From: Alphaproteobacteria bacterium
GTDB lineage: Bacteria; Pseudomonadota; Alphaproteobacteria; UBA6615
NCBI GenBank assembly: GCA_011087645.1
Contig: JAALLF010000001.1
Location: forward strand, 143,687-207,686
Length of the DNA: 64,000 nt
Reading direction: 5' to 3'
A program made the translations under genes and the position numbers. Shown one piece after another: positions 34,194 through 43,564 of the stretch. The notes below the pieces were generated by a model. The model worked only from the letters and a program-made list of their open reading frames with translations. It had not been told where the DNA came from and did not search any database. Numbering within the stretch: position 1 is the first letter of the stretch; each line of letters starts with the position of its first letter.

Positions 34194-34358
34194 GGCTCAG
34201 ATAACGTTACTGTGAGGATCGGCTGATCTACGACAGATCGAGTGATAATCGCCTCGAAAACGTGAAAAGTCTCCAGTCGCGCCGTAGCGCAATGGGGTGT
34301 CTGAAAATGGGAAATTTCGGGAGACGCCCGGGAAACGGGCAAAAATTGGGCGAAAAAC

Positions 34359-34904
34359 TTAGCGCAGTTCGCCGCGAATATAGGCCACGCCGCCTTGCGC
34401 GCTATAGATCACCGGATGACGGGTGTCGGCTTCCATGACGTGAAAATCGCCCGGCTTAAGGTGGATATCGCCGATGTCGAACGATCCCTCGAGCACGATA
34501 CATTCTTCCGTCGCGCGGTGCTTGTGCGACGGCAATTGCGCCCCCGGCGCGACCCGCAGCAGATAGGATTCGCTGCGCGCCATTTCATCGAAATAGAGGG
34601 TTTTTTTCTCAATGCCCTCCGCCAGCTGTTCCCACGCCCCCTCGCCAGCGTGAATGGTAACCGAGCTGGGCCGCTCGGTCGCCAAGGCATCCAGGGCGCC
34701 ATCTATATTGGCCCACAGACCGGCCGACGGCTCGACCGCCGCCGCGCCCTGCCCCAATCCGTTCAGGCGACGTTCCCAATCCGCGACCCGCGCTCGCAAT
34801 TTCGGATCGCGCGCCAAGGCTTCAGCAAACCGCCGACGCGCGTCGCCATCGAGAGTACCCAACACGTACTCAGCGGCCAGGCCGTCATCGTGTTCGTGCG
34901 TCAT
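34359..34904 (-). CDS. Soluble anti-sigma factor (RskA-like N-domain + ChrR-like cupin), copy 2
   Basis: LAAEYVLGTL N-terminus; cupin SHKHRATEEC...GDFH...H; clear paralog of 35070-35627. Confidence 0.82.
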   Translation of the reverse strand: MTHEHDDGLAAEYVLGTLDGDARRRFAEALARDPKLRARVADWERRLNGLGQGAAAVEPSAGLWANIDGALDALATERPSSVTIHAGEGAWEQLAEGIEKKTLYFDEMARSESYLLRVAPGAQLPSHKHRATEECIVLEGSFDIGDIHLKPGDFHVMEADTRHPVIYSAQGGVAYIRGELR

Positions 34905-35069
34905 CGGACTCGAAAATCCCTAACTCGCTGCTATTTGATCAGCCCCGGGCATGACATAGTTCTCAAACAGGCCCCTGGCAAATCGGCCTATTCTCGCGAA
35001 AATCGTTCCAACAATACGCCAGAACAATTAACTTTGTCGTTGCGACTAAGGGCTGACCGAACAGCCCGG

Positions 35070-35627
35070 TCAGCCAGTCGCTTCGCGCAACTCACCACGA
35101 ACATAAATGACTGCGCCATGCTCGCTGAAGGCATCCGGATGGGTCGTGCCGGCGTCGATGGCGTGAAAATCGCCTGCCGCCAGATGAATGTCGCCGATAT
35201 CGAAGGTGCCTTCCATGACCAGGCATTCCTCGGCGGAGCTGTGATCGTGGGACGGCAATAAGGTGCCCGGCGCGATCCGCAGCAAATAAGACTCGCTGCG
35301 CGCCGCGGTGTCGAAATAGAGCAGTTTCTTTTCGACGCCCTCGGCAAGTGTTTCCCACTCGCCCTCATCGCCGCGTAAGGTTACGGAGTTGGGCAGGCTT
35401 GCCGCCGCCCCATCCAAGGCCGCATTAATCTTGTCCCATAGCCCGGCCGACGGCTCGACTTCGCTCGACCCTGGCTCCAACCCTTGTAACCGATGCTGCC
35501 ATTCTTCGACCAGGGCCTGCAGTTCGGGATCGCGCGCCAGGGCCTCGGCAAACCGCCGGCGTCCGTCGCCCTCAAGGGTGCCGAGAACATATTCCGCTGC
35601 CAAGCCGTCATTGTGTTCATGGGTCAT
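35070..35627 (-). CDS. Soluble anti-sigma factor (RskA-like N-domain + ChrR-like cupin), copy 1
   Basis: ATGA overlap with the sigma stop; LAAEYVLGTL; cupin SHDHSSAEEC...GDFH...H. Confidence 0.85.
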   Translation of the reverse strand: MTHEHNDGLAAEYVLGTLEGDGRRRFAEALARDPELQALVEEWQHRLQGLEPGSSEVEPSAGLWDKINAALDGAAASLPNSVTLRGDEGEWETLAEGVEKKLLYFDTAARSESYLLRIAPGTLLPSHDHSSAEECLVMEGTFDIGDIHLAAGDFHAIDAGTTHPDAFSEHGAVIYVRGELREATG

Positions 35628-36190
35628 TGGTCGAGGCATTCCTTGAGCTGGAGCAGGCCACGACGGACCCAACTTTTGACCGTGCCCAACGGCGTGTCGA
35701 GCGAACTGGCCAACTCCTGGTGGGTATGGCCGTAGTAATACGCCAAAACAATAGCTTTCTGCTGCTTGGATTGCAGTTTTTCCAGGCAGCCACGAAGACC
35801 GTCATCTATCCGGTCGAACGGCGCCTCTGTTGCAATATCAGCCCCCAAGCCGCCTTCGATGAGATCATCCAGGCTCGCCTGCGAACGCGGCTCGCGGTTC
35901 TGGCTGCGCAACTGGTCGATCGCCCGATGTCGCACGATCGTCCCCATCCACGACAACGGCCGGCCACGGTCGGGGTGATATTGGCTGGCCTTCTTCCAGA
36001 TGGTTATGTAGGCCTCTTGGAGTACTTCTTCCGCTGGCTCGCGCTGACGCAGAATGCGCATCGAGATCGCCAGTAGCCGTGACGCGGACAGATTGTATAG
36101 CCGCGCAAACGCGTCCCGATCGCCTCGCCCAGCGGCTAGCAACAGTTCCTCGAGCGGATCGAGTTCAGCTATGTGGGTGGCACTCGTCAC
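35624..36190 (-). CDS. ECF RNA polymerase sigma factor (SigK/RpoT-like)
   Basis: GDRDAFARLY, AEEVLQEAYITIW, RHRAIDQLR, LAYYYGHTHQELA, PLGTVKSWVRRGL; start (GTG ~36190) uncertain. Confidence 0.92.
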   Translation of the reverse strand: MTSATHIAELDPLEELLLAAGRGDRDAFARLYNLSASRLLAISMRILRQREPAEEVLQEAYITIWKKASQYHPDRGRPLSWMGTIVRHRAIDQLRSQNREPRSQASLDDLIEGGLGADIATEAPFDRIDDGLRGCLEKLQSKQQKAIVLAYYYGHTHQELASSLDTPLGTVKSWVRRGLLQLKECLDQ

Positions 36191-36347
36191 GCCAATACCC
36201 CCGGATACAGGCTCACGGGGGCGACTATACAACACAAATAGCTTGGAAGCCCATGGCAACTCACGATTGCATACAGGACTACCTGATGGCGTTGTCGGCC
36301 AACGGGGTCGGGTCACGATGATGACCTTGCCATGAAATATTCCTTTC

Positions 36348-36767
36348 TCAGTCGCGCTGGTCTCCCGATTGTCGCTTCAAATAGGCGATGATATCGGCCC
36401 GGTCCGTCGCCTTTGGAACTCGGATATTCATCCGTTGGCCAGGGATAAAGCCTTGCGGGTTTTCCAACCAGCGATCGATTGTGTCGTCGGTCCAAATCAC
36501 CTCGGACTTCTGCAAAGCCGGTGAATAATCAAAGCCTTCCACCCCGCCGGCGCGACGGCCGTGGAGGCCTTGGTGTTTGGGGCCGACGCGATTAGCATCA
36601 AGAGAATGACAGACGCTGCAGCGGCTTTCGTAAAGTAGTTCGCCGCGCCCCGAATCCGGCAACGCCGCGGTTGTATCCGTGGACGCCCCAAAGGCGTTAC
36701 TTGATAGAAACCAGGAGAGCCCGAGGATGCTGGCGATGGCCATGGCGTGTTTCAATATGGTTTTCAC
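36348..36767 (-). CDS. Class I monoheme cytochrome c (c2-like)
   Basis: Signal peptide, CSVCH, VGPKHQG, GFDYSPAL, PGQRM axial Met; AGAGG RBS before GTG 36767. Confidence 0.9.
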   Translation of the reverse strand: MKTILKHAMAIASILGLSWFLSSNAFGASTDTTAALPDSGRGELLYESRCSVCHSLDANRVGPKHQGLHGRRAGGVEGFDYSPALQKSEVIWTDDTIDRWLENPQGFIPGQRMNIRVPKATDRADIIAYLKRQSGDQRD

Positions 36768-36786
36768 GTCGCACCTCTGAAAAGGG

Positions 36787-36825
36787 ATCCCGAGGCCTTG
36801 AGGGGGGAACTCACGGCCCCGGGAT
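36787..36825 (-). terminator. Stem-loop after the ferritin-like gene
   Basis: ATCCCGAGGCC...GGCCCCGGGAT inverted arms with inner TGAG/CTCA, followed by CCCTTT on the minus strand. Confidence 0.5.
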
Positions 36826-36865
36826 AGTTTGGAGTTCGGGGAGGGGAACAGGTTAAATAACTGCG

Positions 36866-37477
36866 CTAGACGCCGAAGGTCAGCGCCGCTTTGGGAACTG
36901 GCTGGCCAAGGGCGTTGGCCAGAACAGTCCAATGCATGGTCTCGTCGGCGGCTAAACGGCCGGCAATCTGCGCCAGATCCGCATCGCCAAAGGCCGGAAT
37001 GACGCCGATATAGGCATTGGCGGCGCCGCGTTCGAGGCGGGCGGCAAGCTTCAGAACATCGGTCTGATTCTTCAGCGTATTGGCCTTCAGATCGCTGGCA
37101 TAGTCAGCCAGCTTCTTGGCAGCAACCGCTGTACCGCCGAGTTTCTTGACTGTATCGGCCAGCGCATCGCGATGCGCCTTGTGGTGACCTTGGAACAGCA
37201 CCGCCACGTCGAGCACCGGTTTCTGTAAAAGCCCGCTTTCGGCGCCAAGCCGGTAGGCGTTGATGGCCTCATGCTCGAGACCGAGGGCCACATTGAGAAT
37301 TGCGGTGTCCTGCGCCGGATCGGACTTGCGCCCACCGCTATGACTGGCGGCCAGGCTATCGCTGCCCGCGATCAGCGCGATCGCGGTCGCTGACAGAGTG
37401 ACCTTACCGGCGCTGCCAAGAAACCGTCGGCGCGACTCACCCTGATACGCTCGCTGGCTGGGATTTAAGTGGGTCAT
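36866..37477 (-). CDS. Tat-exported ferritin-like domain protein
   Basis: SRRRFL twin-arginine signal; four-helix ligands LEHEAINAY, HHKAHRD, LERGAANAY, DETMHW. Confidence 0.87.
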   Translation of the reverse strand: MTHLNPSQRAYQGESRRRFLGSAGKVTLSATAIALIAGSDSLAASHSGGRKSDPAQDTAILNVALGLEHEAINAYRLGAESGLLQKPVLDVAVLFQGHHKAHRDALADTVKKLGGTAVAAKKLADYASDLKANTLKNQTDVLKLAARLERGAANAYIGVIPAFGDADLAQIAGRLAADETMHWTVLANALGQPVPKAALTFGV

Positions 37478-37542
37478 TTTAACGTCTCCATTTGCATCTG
37501 TTGATCGGGCATGGTCGCCCGAAAGCGGCCTTACATGGGCTA

Positions 37543-37570
37543 TTACGCTGGCCGAGCGGGAATAGATGCA
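37543..37570 (-). promoter_or_regulatory. Candidate ECF sigma promoter for the ferritin-cyt c-sigma operon
   Basis: Minus strand TGCATCT-N16-CGTAA, about 65 bp upstream of the ferritin-like ATG. Confidence 0.72.
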
Positions 37571-37705
37571 GGGCGCACAAAAAAATTGGGAAGTACCGTG
37601 CGTCGCCGAAAATCGATTGTGATGCCACACAAAAGGCGGATTCTCATGTAAGGTGCGATACAAATAGGCGACAAATCACCCACATGTCCGCCGAGGAAAC
37701 GACCC

Positions 37706-38476
37706 ATGACACGCAACCGATTGGCCTTGTGCCTTGCCGCCTTTGTCGCGGCGGTCTCGCTACCTGTCAGCGCCCAGGCGCAACTCGACCTGCTCAAACG
37801 CGGCAAAGACGCGCTGCAATCGATCCCCGGCACCGGGGGAAGCGGCGGATCGACATCACCCGCCGCAGCCCTTACGGACACCGAAATCGGCAGCGGTTTG
37901 CGCGAAGCGCTGACCGTGGGGGTGCGTACAGTAGTGTCCCAGGTGGGCGCGACCGACGGCTACAACGCCGATCCGCGTATCCATATACCCCTGCCAAAGA
38001 GCCTGGAGACGGTGCAAAAAACCCTGTCACGCATCGGCATGTCAGACTTGGTCGACGATCTAGAACTGCGCCTCAACCGCGCCGCTGAGAAGGCCGCGCC
38101 GGAAGCGCGCGAAGTGTTTGGCCAGGCCATTCGGGACATGACCTTCGACGACGTGCAGATGATCTATAAAGGTCCCGACGACGCCGCGACACGTTTTCTC
38201 GAGCGCACCATGAGCAGTCCGCTGGTCCAGCGCATGCGTCCGATTGTCGACGATAGCCTGTCGGACGTCGGCGCGGTGCGGGCCTATGACAATGCCATCG
38301 GCCAGTACAAGGCAATCCCCTTCGTGCCCGATGCCAAGGCCGACCTTACCGAGCATGTTCTCGAACGCGCCCTGAAGGGGCTGTTCCTCTATCTCGCCGA
38401 AGAAGAGGCCGCGATCCGCCAGAACCCGGTCAAACGCACGACAACACTGCTGCAAAAGGTGTTCGGCGCCAGTTAA
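37706..38476 (+). CDS. DUF4197-family exported protein
   Basis: Signal peptide; GLREAL..G, IHIPLP, LNRAAEKA, AAT.FLE, EEAAIRQNP.KRTT.LLQKVFG. Confidence 0.88.
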   Translation: MTRNRLALCLAAFVAAVSLPVSAQAQLDLLKRGKDALQSIPGTGGSGGSTSPAAALTDTEIGSGLREALTVGVRTVVSQVGATDGYNADPRIHIPLPKSLETVQKTLSRIGMSDLVDDLELRLNRAAEKAAPEAREVFGQAIRDMTFDDVQMIYKGPDDAATRFLERTMSSPLVQRMRPIVDDSLSDVGAVRAYDNAIGQYKAIPFVPDAKADLTEHVLERALKGLFLYLAEEEAAIRQNPVKRTTTLLQKVFGAS

Positions 38477-38514
38477 ACTAACGACACTGGCGGCAAATCA
38501 GCTACCCTTAGCCC

Positions 38515-40131
38515 GTGACAAAGACAATGGGCCCGTTCGATTACGTCATCGTCGGCGCCGGCACGGCCGGGTGCGTGCTGGCGAACCGGCTATCCGCCGA
38601 TCCAGACGTGAGTGTTTGTCTGCTCGAGGCCGGCGGTAATGATAATTACATCTGGGTCCACATCCCGGTCGGCTACCTGTATTGCATGGGCAATCCGCGC
38701 ACCGATTGGGGCTTTACCACCCAAGCGGAAGCCGGTCTCAACGGCCGCGCGTTGAACTATCCACGCGGGCGAATTCTCGGCGGCTGCTCGTCGATCAACG
38801 GCATGATCTATATGCGCGGTCAGGCGCGCGACTATGACGGTTGGCGTCAACGCGGCAATGCCGGCTGGGGTTGGGACGATGTGGTGCCGTACTTTTTGCG
38901 CTCCGAAGACCAGGCAGCGCTGCCGATCGACGATTTGCACGCCGACGGCGGCGAATGGCGAGTCGAGCGCCAGCGCCTGTCGTGGGACGTGCTCGACGCA
39001 TTCCGCGAGGCAGCGGCCGAGGCCGGCATCCCCAAGACCGATGACTTCAACCGCGGTAACAACGAAGGCTGCGGCTATTTTCACGTCAACCAGCGCACCG
39101 GGGTCCGCGTCAGCGCCGCCAAGGCGTTCCTGAAACCGGCGATGAAGCGGCCCAACCTAACTGTCCTTACACATGCCCAGGCCAAGCGCTTGACCCTGGC
39201 CGAGGGCCGGGTCAGCGGTGTCGATATTTGGCACAAGGGCGCGAACACCCATGTCGCCGCCGACGGCGAGGTGGTATTAGCGACCGGCTCGGTCGGCACG
39301 CCACAACTGCTCGAATTATCAGGGATCGGCGGCGGAGCTTTGTTACAGAGCCATGGCATCGAGGTTGCCCACGACCTCCCCGGCGTCGGCGAAAACCTGC
39401 AGGACCATCTGCAAATCCGCTGCGCCTACAAGGTACACGGGGTAAAAACCCTGAACGAAAAGGCCAATAGTCTGGTTGGCAAGGCCAGCATCGCGCTGGA
39501 GTATGCGCTGTTGCGCCGCGGCCCCATGTCGATGGCGCCGAGCCAGTTAGGCGCCTTCGTTAAATCCGATCCGGCGCTGGAGACGCCCGACCTGCAGTAT
39601 CATGTGCAACCGCTCAGCCTGGACAAGTTCGGCGAACCGCTGCACGACTTTCCGGCGCTGACCGCCAGCGTGTGTAATTTGCGCCCTGAATCGCGCGGTA
39701 GCATCCATATATCCAGCCCCGATGCGCGCCAGCAGCCGGCGATCAAGCCGAATTACCTATCCGCCGCGGCGGATCAGCGGGTAGCGGCGCAGGCGATCCG
39801 GGTGACCCGCAACATCGTCGCCCAGCCGGCCTTCGCTCAGTACCGCCCCGAGGAGTTCAAGCCGGGCCCCGATTATGGCGACGATGATGAGGGGTTGGCG
39901 CGCGCCGCTGGCGATGTGGGCACCACCATCTTCCACCCGGTCGGCACGGCCCGCATGGGCGACGACGCGGGGGCCGTGGTCGACAGCCGGTTGCGGGTGC
40001 ATGGCGTCGCCGGCCTGCGAGTGGTCGACGCCTCGGTGATGCCGACGATTACCTCGGGCAATACCAATTCGCCGGTGATCATGATCGCCGAGAAGGCTTC
40101 CGATATGATGCGCGATGACCGGCGCGGCTAA
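38515..40131 (+). CDS. GMC-family FAD oxidoreductase (choline dehydrogenase-like)
   Basis: [49 protein letters not shown]. Confidence 0.93.
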   Translation: MTKTMGPFDYVIVGAGTAGCVLANRLSADPDVSVCLLEAGGNDNYIWVHIPVGYLYCMGNPRTDWGFTTQAEAGLNGRALNYPRGRILGGCSSINGMIYMRGQARDYDGWRQRGNAGWGWDDVVPYFLRSEDQAALPIDDLHADGGEWRVERQRLSWDVLDAFREAAAEAGIPKTDDFNRGNNEGCGYFHVNQRTGVRVSAAKAFLKPAMKRPNLTVLTHAQAKRLTLAEGRVSGVDIWHKGANTHVAADGEVVLATGSVGTPQLLELSGIGGGALLQSHGIEVAHDLPGVGENLQDHLQIRCAYKVHGVKTLNEKANSLVGKASIALEYALLRRGPMSMAPSQLGAFVKSDPALETPDLQYHVQPLSLDKFGEPLHDFPALTASVCNLRPESRGSIHISSPDARQQPAIKPNYLSAAADQRVAAQAIRVTRNIVAQPAFAQYRPEEFKPGPDYGDDDEGLARAAGDVGTTIFHPVGTARMGDDAGAVVDSRLRVHGVAGLRVVDASVMPTITSGNTNSPVIMIAEKASDMMRDDRRG

Positions 40132-40156
40132 TCCAGCAAGGAGCGATACCAACGCG

Positions 40157-40405
40157 ATGGCAAATTTCTATCAACCCGATTTGGGAACTAACCCCGACGA
40201 TCCGTTCGCCCGCGACGCCGACGGCAAGCTGGTGCGCCGCGCTTTCTGGCTCGACATGGGCGACCGCTCGGTGGTGCTGGCGATGACCCAGGGGATCGGC
40301 GCCAATCTGACCAACGATCAAAAACGCGCCCATTTGGACGATATCGGCCGCGCCCATGTGGTCGACGATGTTTGCGTGCAGGAAATCATTCCACCGGACG
40401 CCTAG
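40157..40405 (+). CDS. Small hypothetical protein (82 aa)
   Basis: AAGGAG upstream, host-like codon usage, fills the gap between the GMC and lactonase genes. Confidence 0.65.
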   Translation: MANFYQPDLGTNPDDPFARDADGKLVRRAFWLDMGDRSVVLAMTQGIGANLTNDQKRAHLDDIGRAHVVDDVCVQEIIPPDA

Positions 40406-40416
40406 GGAGAACTATC

Positions 40417-41355
40417 ATGGCGCCAGAAGCGAGTTATCAAATCGCCGAAGACGCGTTTGCCGGTTTTGTCGATACAGACACACTGCCCGAACAACTGTGC
40501 ACCGGTTGCATCTGGACCGAGGGGCCGGTGTGGTTTGACGAGACCGAGACCCTGCTGTTCAGTGACATCCCTAATAATCGGATGATGCAATGGAACCGCG
40601 TCGCGGGCGCCAGCGAATTCCTCAACCCCGCAGAGTTCACCAATGGCCATATCCGCGACCATGACGGCCATCTGGTTTCCTGTGAGCATGGGGGACGACG
40701 GGTCATTCGGCGCCTCGCCGATGGCACGGTCGAGGTGATCGCCGACAAGTACGACGGCAAGAGGCTAAATTCGCCCAACGACTTGGTAATGACGTCGGAC
40801 GGCGCAATCTGGTTCACCGATCCGCCCTACGGCATTGCCAGCAGTGTCGAAGGTTATGAGGCCAAGAGCGAGTTGGGCGTCAACTATGTGTTCCGGGTCG
40901 ATCCCGACACATCTGAACTAACAATCGTTGCCGACGATTTCGACAAACCCAACGGCCTGGCCTTTTCGGCCGACGAGAAAATTCTCTATATCGCCGATAG
41001 CGGCGCCATCAATGGCGCCTCAGATCCCGGCTTTAACGCCGGTGCGCCCCACCATATCCGCGCCTTCGATGTGGTCGATGGGCGCACCCTCGCCAACAGC
41101 CGCCTGTTCGTCGACATCAAGCCCGGTGTACCCGACGGATTGCGCGTCGACACGGAAGGCTTCGTGTGGACCAGCGCCGCCGACGGGGTGCACTGCTACG
41201 CGCCGGACAGCACGCTCTATGGCAAAATCCTGCTGCCCGAAGTGGTCGCCAACCTGACCTTCGGCGGCCCCGGCGGCACGACGATATTCATCGCCGCGTC
41301 GACCTCGATCTACACCGTCGCCACCACAAGACACGACGCCAAATCAACACGCTAA
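40417..41355 (+). CDS. SMP-30/gluconolactonase family protein
   Basis: WTEGPVW, FSDIPN, LNSPND, FTDPPYG, PNGLAFS, PDGLRVD; GGAGA RBS. Confidence 0.92.
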   Translation: MAPEASYQIAEDAFAGFVDTDTLPEQLCTGCIWTEGPVWFDETETLLFSDIPNNRMMQWNRVAGASEFLNPAEFTNGHIRDHDGHLVSCEHGGRRVIRRLADGTVEVIADKYDGKRLNSPNDLVMTSDGAIWFTDPPYGIASSVEGYEAKSELGVNYVFRVDPDTSELTIVADDFDKPNGLAFSADEKILYIADSGAINGASDPGFNAGAPHHIRAFDVVDGRTLANSRLFVDIKPGVPDGLRVDTEGFVWTSAADGVHCYAPDSTLYGKILLPEVVANLTFGGPGGTTIFIAASTSIYTVATTRHDAKSTR

Positions 41356-41370
41356 AAAGCACAGAAAGAA

Positions 41371-41447
41371 TGGTAGGCCCGGCAGGACTCGAACCTGCGA
41401 CATAACCGTTATGAGCGGTTCGTTCTAACCAACTGAACTACGGGCCC
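41371..41447 (-). tRNA. tRNA with CAT anticodon, most likely tRNA-Ile2 (lysidine)
   Basis: GGGCCCGTAGTTCAGTTGGTTAGAACGAACCGCTCATAACGGTTATGTCGCAGGTTCGAGTCCTGCCGGGCCTACCA: cloverleaf, GTTCGA T-loop, CCA end; acceptor stem and position downstream of rpoD favour Ile2 over Met. Confidence 0.93.
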
Positions 41448-41600
41448 CCATTGACCGGGACGCAGCGTCTACCAAGAGCTCCGGCGCGCCGCACCCCATA
41501 TATCACACAAGCGCGTCCGGTCCAGATCGGCCGGCCATCCAATCAAACGAAAGAAGCCGGCAACGCGCCGGCCTCCATCGCAATTCTCAAACGCACGCCG

Positions 41601-42710
41601 TTAGGGGCGGCAGACATAGTAACAATTCTGAATATCGTGCTCGAGTTCGTTGACCTCGACCGAGCCGAAGCCGGCCTCGGAGAATATTTCGACCGCCAAC
41701 TGCCGACCCCACATGGCGCCCAGCCCCTCGCCGCCTTCCTGGGCCAACGATACGGTCATGCAATGCATGCACGAGATAGTGTAGAGAAGCGGTCCGATCG
41801 GGTGATCGCAGTTTTCGTGTACATGGCTCGAGTCGTTGATATCCTGGGCTAAATAAACCCCGCCGGTATCGAGCGTGCGGCGAATACCGCGCACCATGGC
41901 GCGCGGATTGCCCTGATCGTGGACCGCATCGAAGGTGGTGACGAAATCGAAGGCGGATTCGTCGGCGTCCCGGTCGAAAGTGCCCAGATCACGCACCTGG
42001 AAGGTCAGATTGGTCAGCCCTCGCTCTTCCGCATTGGCCGTCGCCCAGGCAATCGCCTCGGCCGACAAATCGTAACCGGCAAATGTGCTGTTGGGGAACC
42101 ATTCGGCCATCTGGGTCAGCGCCCGGCCGCGGCCACAGCCGAGATCGAGAACCCGGATACCGGTCTCCAACCGCTCGATGAGATCGGGCACCAGCGGCAA
42201 AATATGCTCTCGCAACGCCGGCAAAACCGACTGGCCGCTATCTTCGGCCATCACCTCATGGAAGCGGTTAAAACGCGCGTAGGGCACGCCGCCGCCATTC
42301 TTGAAACAGTCGACGATATCGTCTTCGACCGAACCGAGCTCGGGGATGTACTGGGCAAACACCGCCAGATTATTCGGACCCGCGGCACGGATTAGGCAGG
42401 CCGCGTGCTCAGCCGGCAAATGGTACGTGTTGGTGGCGCCGTCGCAGTCGACGATCCCACTGGCCACCATCGCACCCAGCCACTCGCGCACATAACGTTC
42501 GTTCAGCCCGGCCCGCGCCGCAATATCGGCGCTGGTACCTGCCACGCCATCGGCCATAGCATCGAACAAGCCCGTGCGATGGCCGACCGACGTCATCAGG
42601 CAAATCGCGCCGCCGTTCAGCACGTCGACCAACCGTTCCTCAAAAGCCGCCGCCTTGGCCGCTGAATAACCGTCCTCAGGGGACGGCGATAGAATTTCTG
42701 CTGCAGACAT
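41601..42710 (-). CDS. Class I SAM-dependent methyltransferase with N-terminal winged helix (Rv2258c-like)
   Basis: GHRTGLF, LNERYVREWL, LDLGCGRG, FDAVHD, YTISCMHCMTVSLA. Confidence 0.88.
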   Translation of the reverse strand: MSAAEILSPSPEDGYSAAKAAAFEERLVDVLNGGAICLMTSVGHRTGLFDAMADGVAGTSADIAARAGLNERYVREWLGAMVASGIVDCDGATNTYHLPAEHAACLIRAAGPNNLAVFAQYIPELGSVEDDIVDCFKNGGGVPYARFNRFHEVMAEDSGQSVLPALREHILPLVPDLIERLETGIRVLDLGCGRGRALTQMAEWFPNSTFAGYDLSAEAIAWATANAEERGLTNLTFQVRDLGTFDRDADESAFDFVTTFDAVHDQGNPRAMVRGIRRTLDTGGVYLAQDINDSSHVHENCDHPIGPLLYTISCMHCMTVSLAQEGGEGLGAMWGRQLAVEIFSEAGFGSVEVNELEHDIQNCYYVCRP

Positions 42711-42742
42711 AGTCTTCTCCATTTCGCTGCAAAATTTATAAC

Positions 42743-42900
42743 ATACCGACCGGTTGGTTTAGTAATGAATTAGGATTTTTGAGTCAACGAATAATTTTCT
42801 CGAACTTTCGTCGAATAGGCCAAATTTTCCCAGAAATACACCGGTAACTTCGCGATTGGCCGAATTGACTTTATTATTTAACATACCAACTGGATGGTAT
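42743..42900. promoter_or_regulatory. Two candidate TetR operators in the divergent promoter
   Basis: ATACCGACCGGTTGGTTT (42743-42760) and ATACCAACTGGATGGTAT (42883-42900), both preceded by TAAC, 140 bp apart. Confidence 0.7.
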
Positions 42901-42937
42901 ATAATGATGTTCTAAATTATACAGAAATACGATAATC

Positions 42938-43564
42938 ATGGCGCGCGACGGCACAGCAACACGCAATAAGATCCTCGATACAGCTGAAGCGATGATCTTG
43001 GATCAGGGATTTTCGGCAACGTCCATCGACCGTCTGGTCGAGCGGGCGGGCACCACCAAGGGATCTTTCTTCCATCATTTCGACAGTAAGGCGGTGCTGG
43101 CCTACACCCTGGTCGAGCGCTATGCGCGCAGCGATCTAGATCTGTTCGCGGCAAATCGGGCCCGCGCCGAACAACTCAGCCGCGATCCATTACAGCGTGT
43201 GTTGCTCGTGATCGGCCTCTATAAGGAAATGATGGAAGGGCTGACCGAACCGTATCCGGGCTGCCTATTCGCCTCTTACCTCTACGAAGCCAATCTGTTC
43301 GACGATCACACGCTGTCGGTCATCGACGACACTTATCGTGAATGGCGAACCATTCTGGGGGGCATGCTCGAGCAAGCCGCCGAGGTTTACCCGCCACGCG
43401 CCGACATCGATTGCGCCCATCTCGCCGATATGTTCACCGGGAGCCTCGAAGGCGCCTTCATCATGTCGAAGACCCTGAAGGAGCCACAACTGGTGGCCAA
43501 CCAACTGGGTCTTTACCGCGATTTCATCGAGCTACTGTTCCAGCCCAGCCCAGCCGCCAACTAG
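42938..43564 (+). CDS. TetR/AcrR family regulator (NemR/LmrA-like)
   Basis: TRNKILDTAE...GFSATSID...KGSFFHHFDSK HTH; GCL motif. Confidence 0.92.
   Translation: MARDGTATRNKILDTAEAMILDQGFSATSIDRLVERAGTTKGSFFHHFDSKAVLAYTLVERYARSDLDLFAANRARAEQLSRDPLQRVLLVIGLYKEMMEGLTEPYPGCLFASYLYEANLFDDHTLSVIDDTYREWRTILGGMLEQAAEVYPPRADIDCAHLADMFTGSLEGAFIMSKTLKEPQLVANQLGLYRDFIELLFQPSPAAN

Noticed and set aside
41166..41405. ORF ending MVGPAGLEPAT
   Set aside because: Typical spurious translation of a tRNA antisense strand
27673..41447. tRNA-anchored integrative island downstream of the tRNA 3' end
   Set aside because: No integrase, no duplicated tRNA 3' end seen by eye, and host-like composition; an old island cannot be excluded
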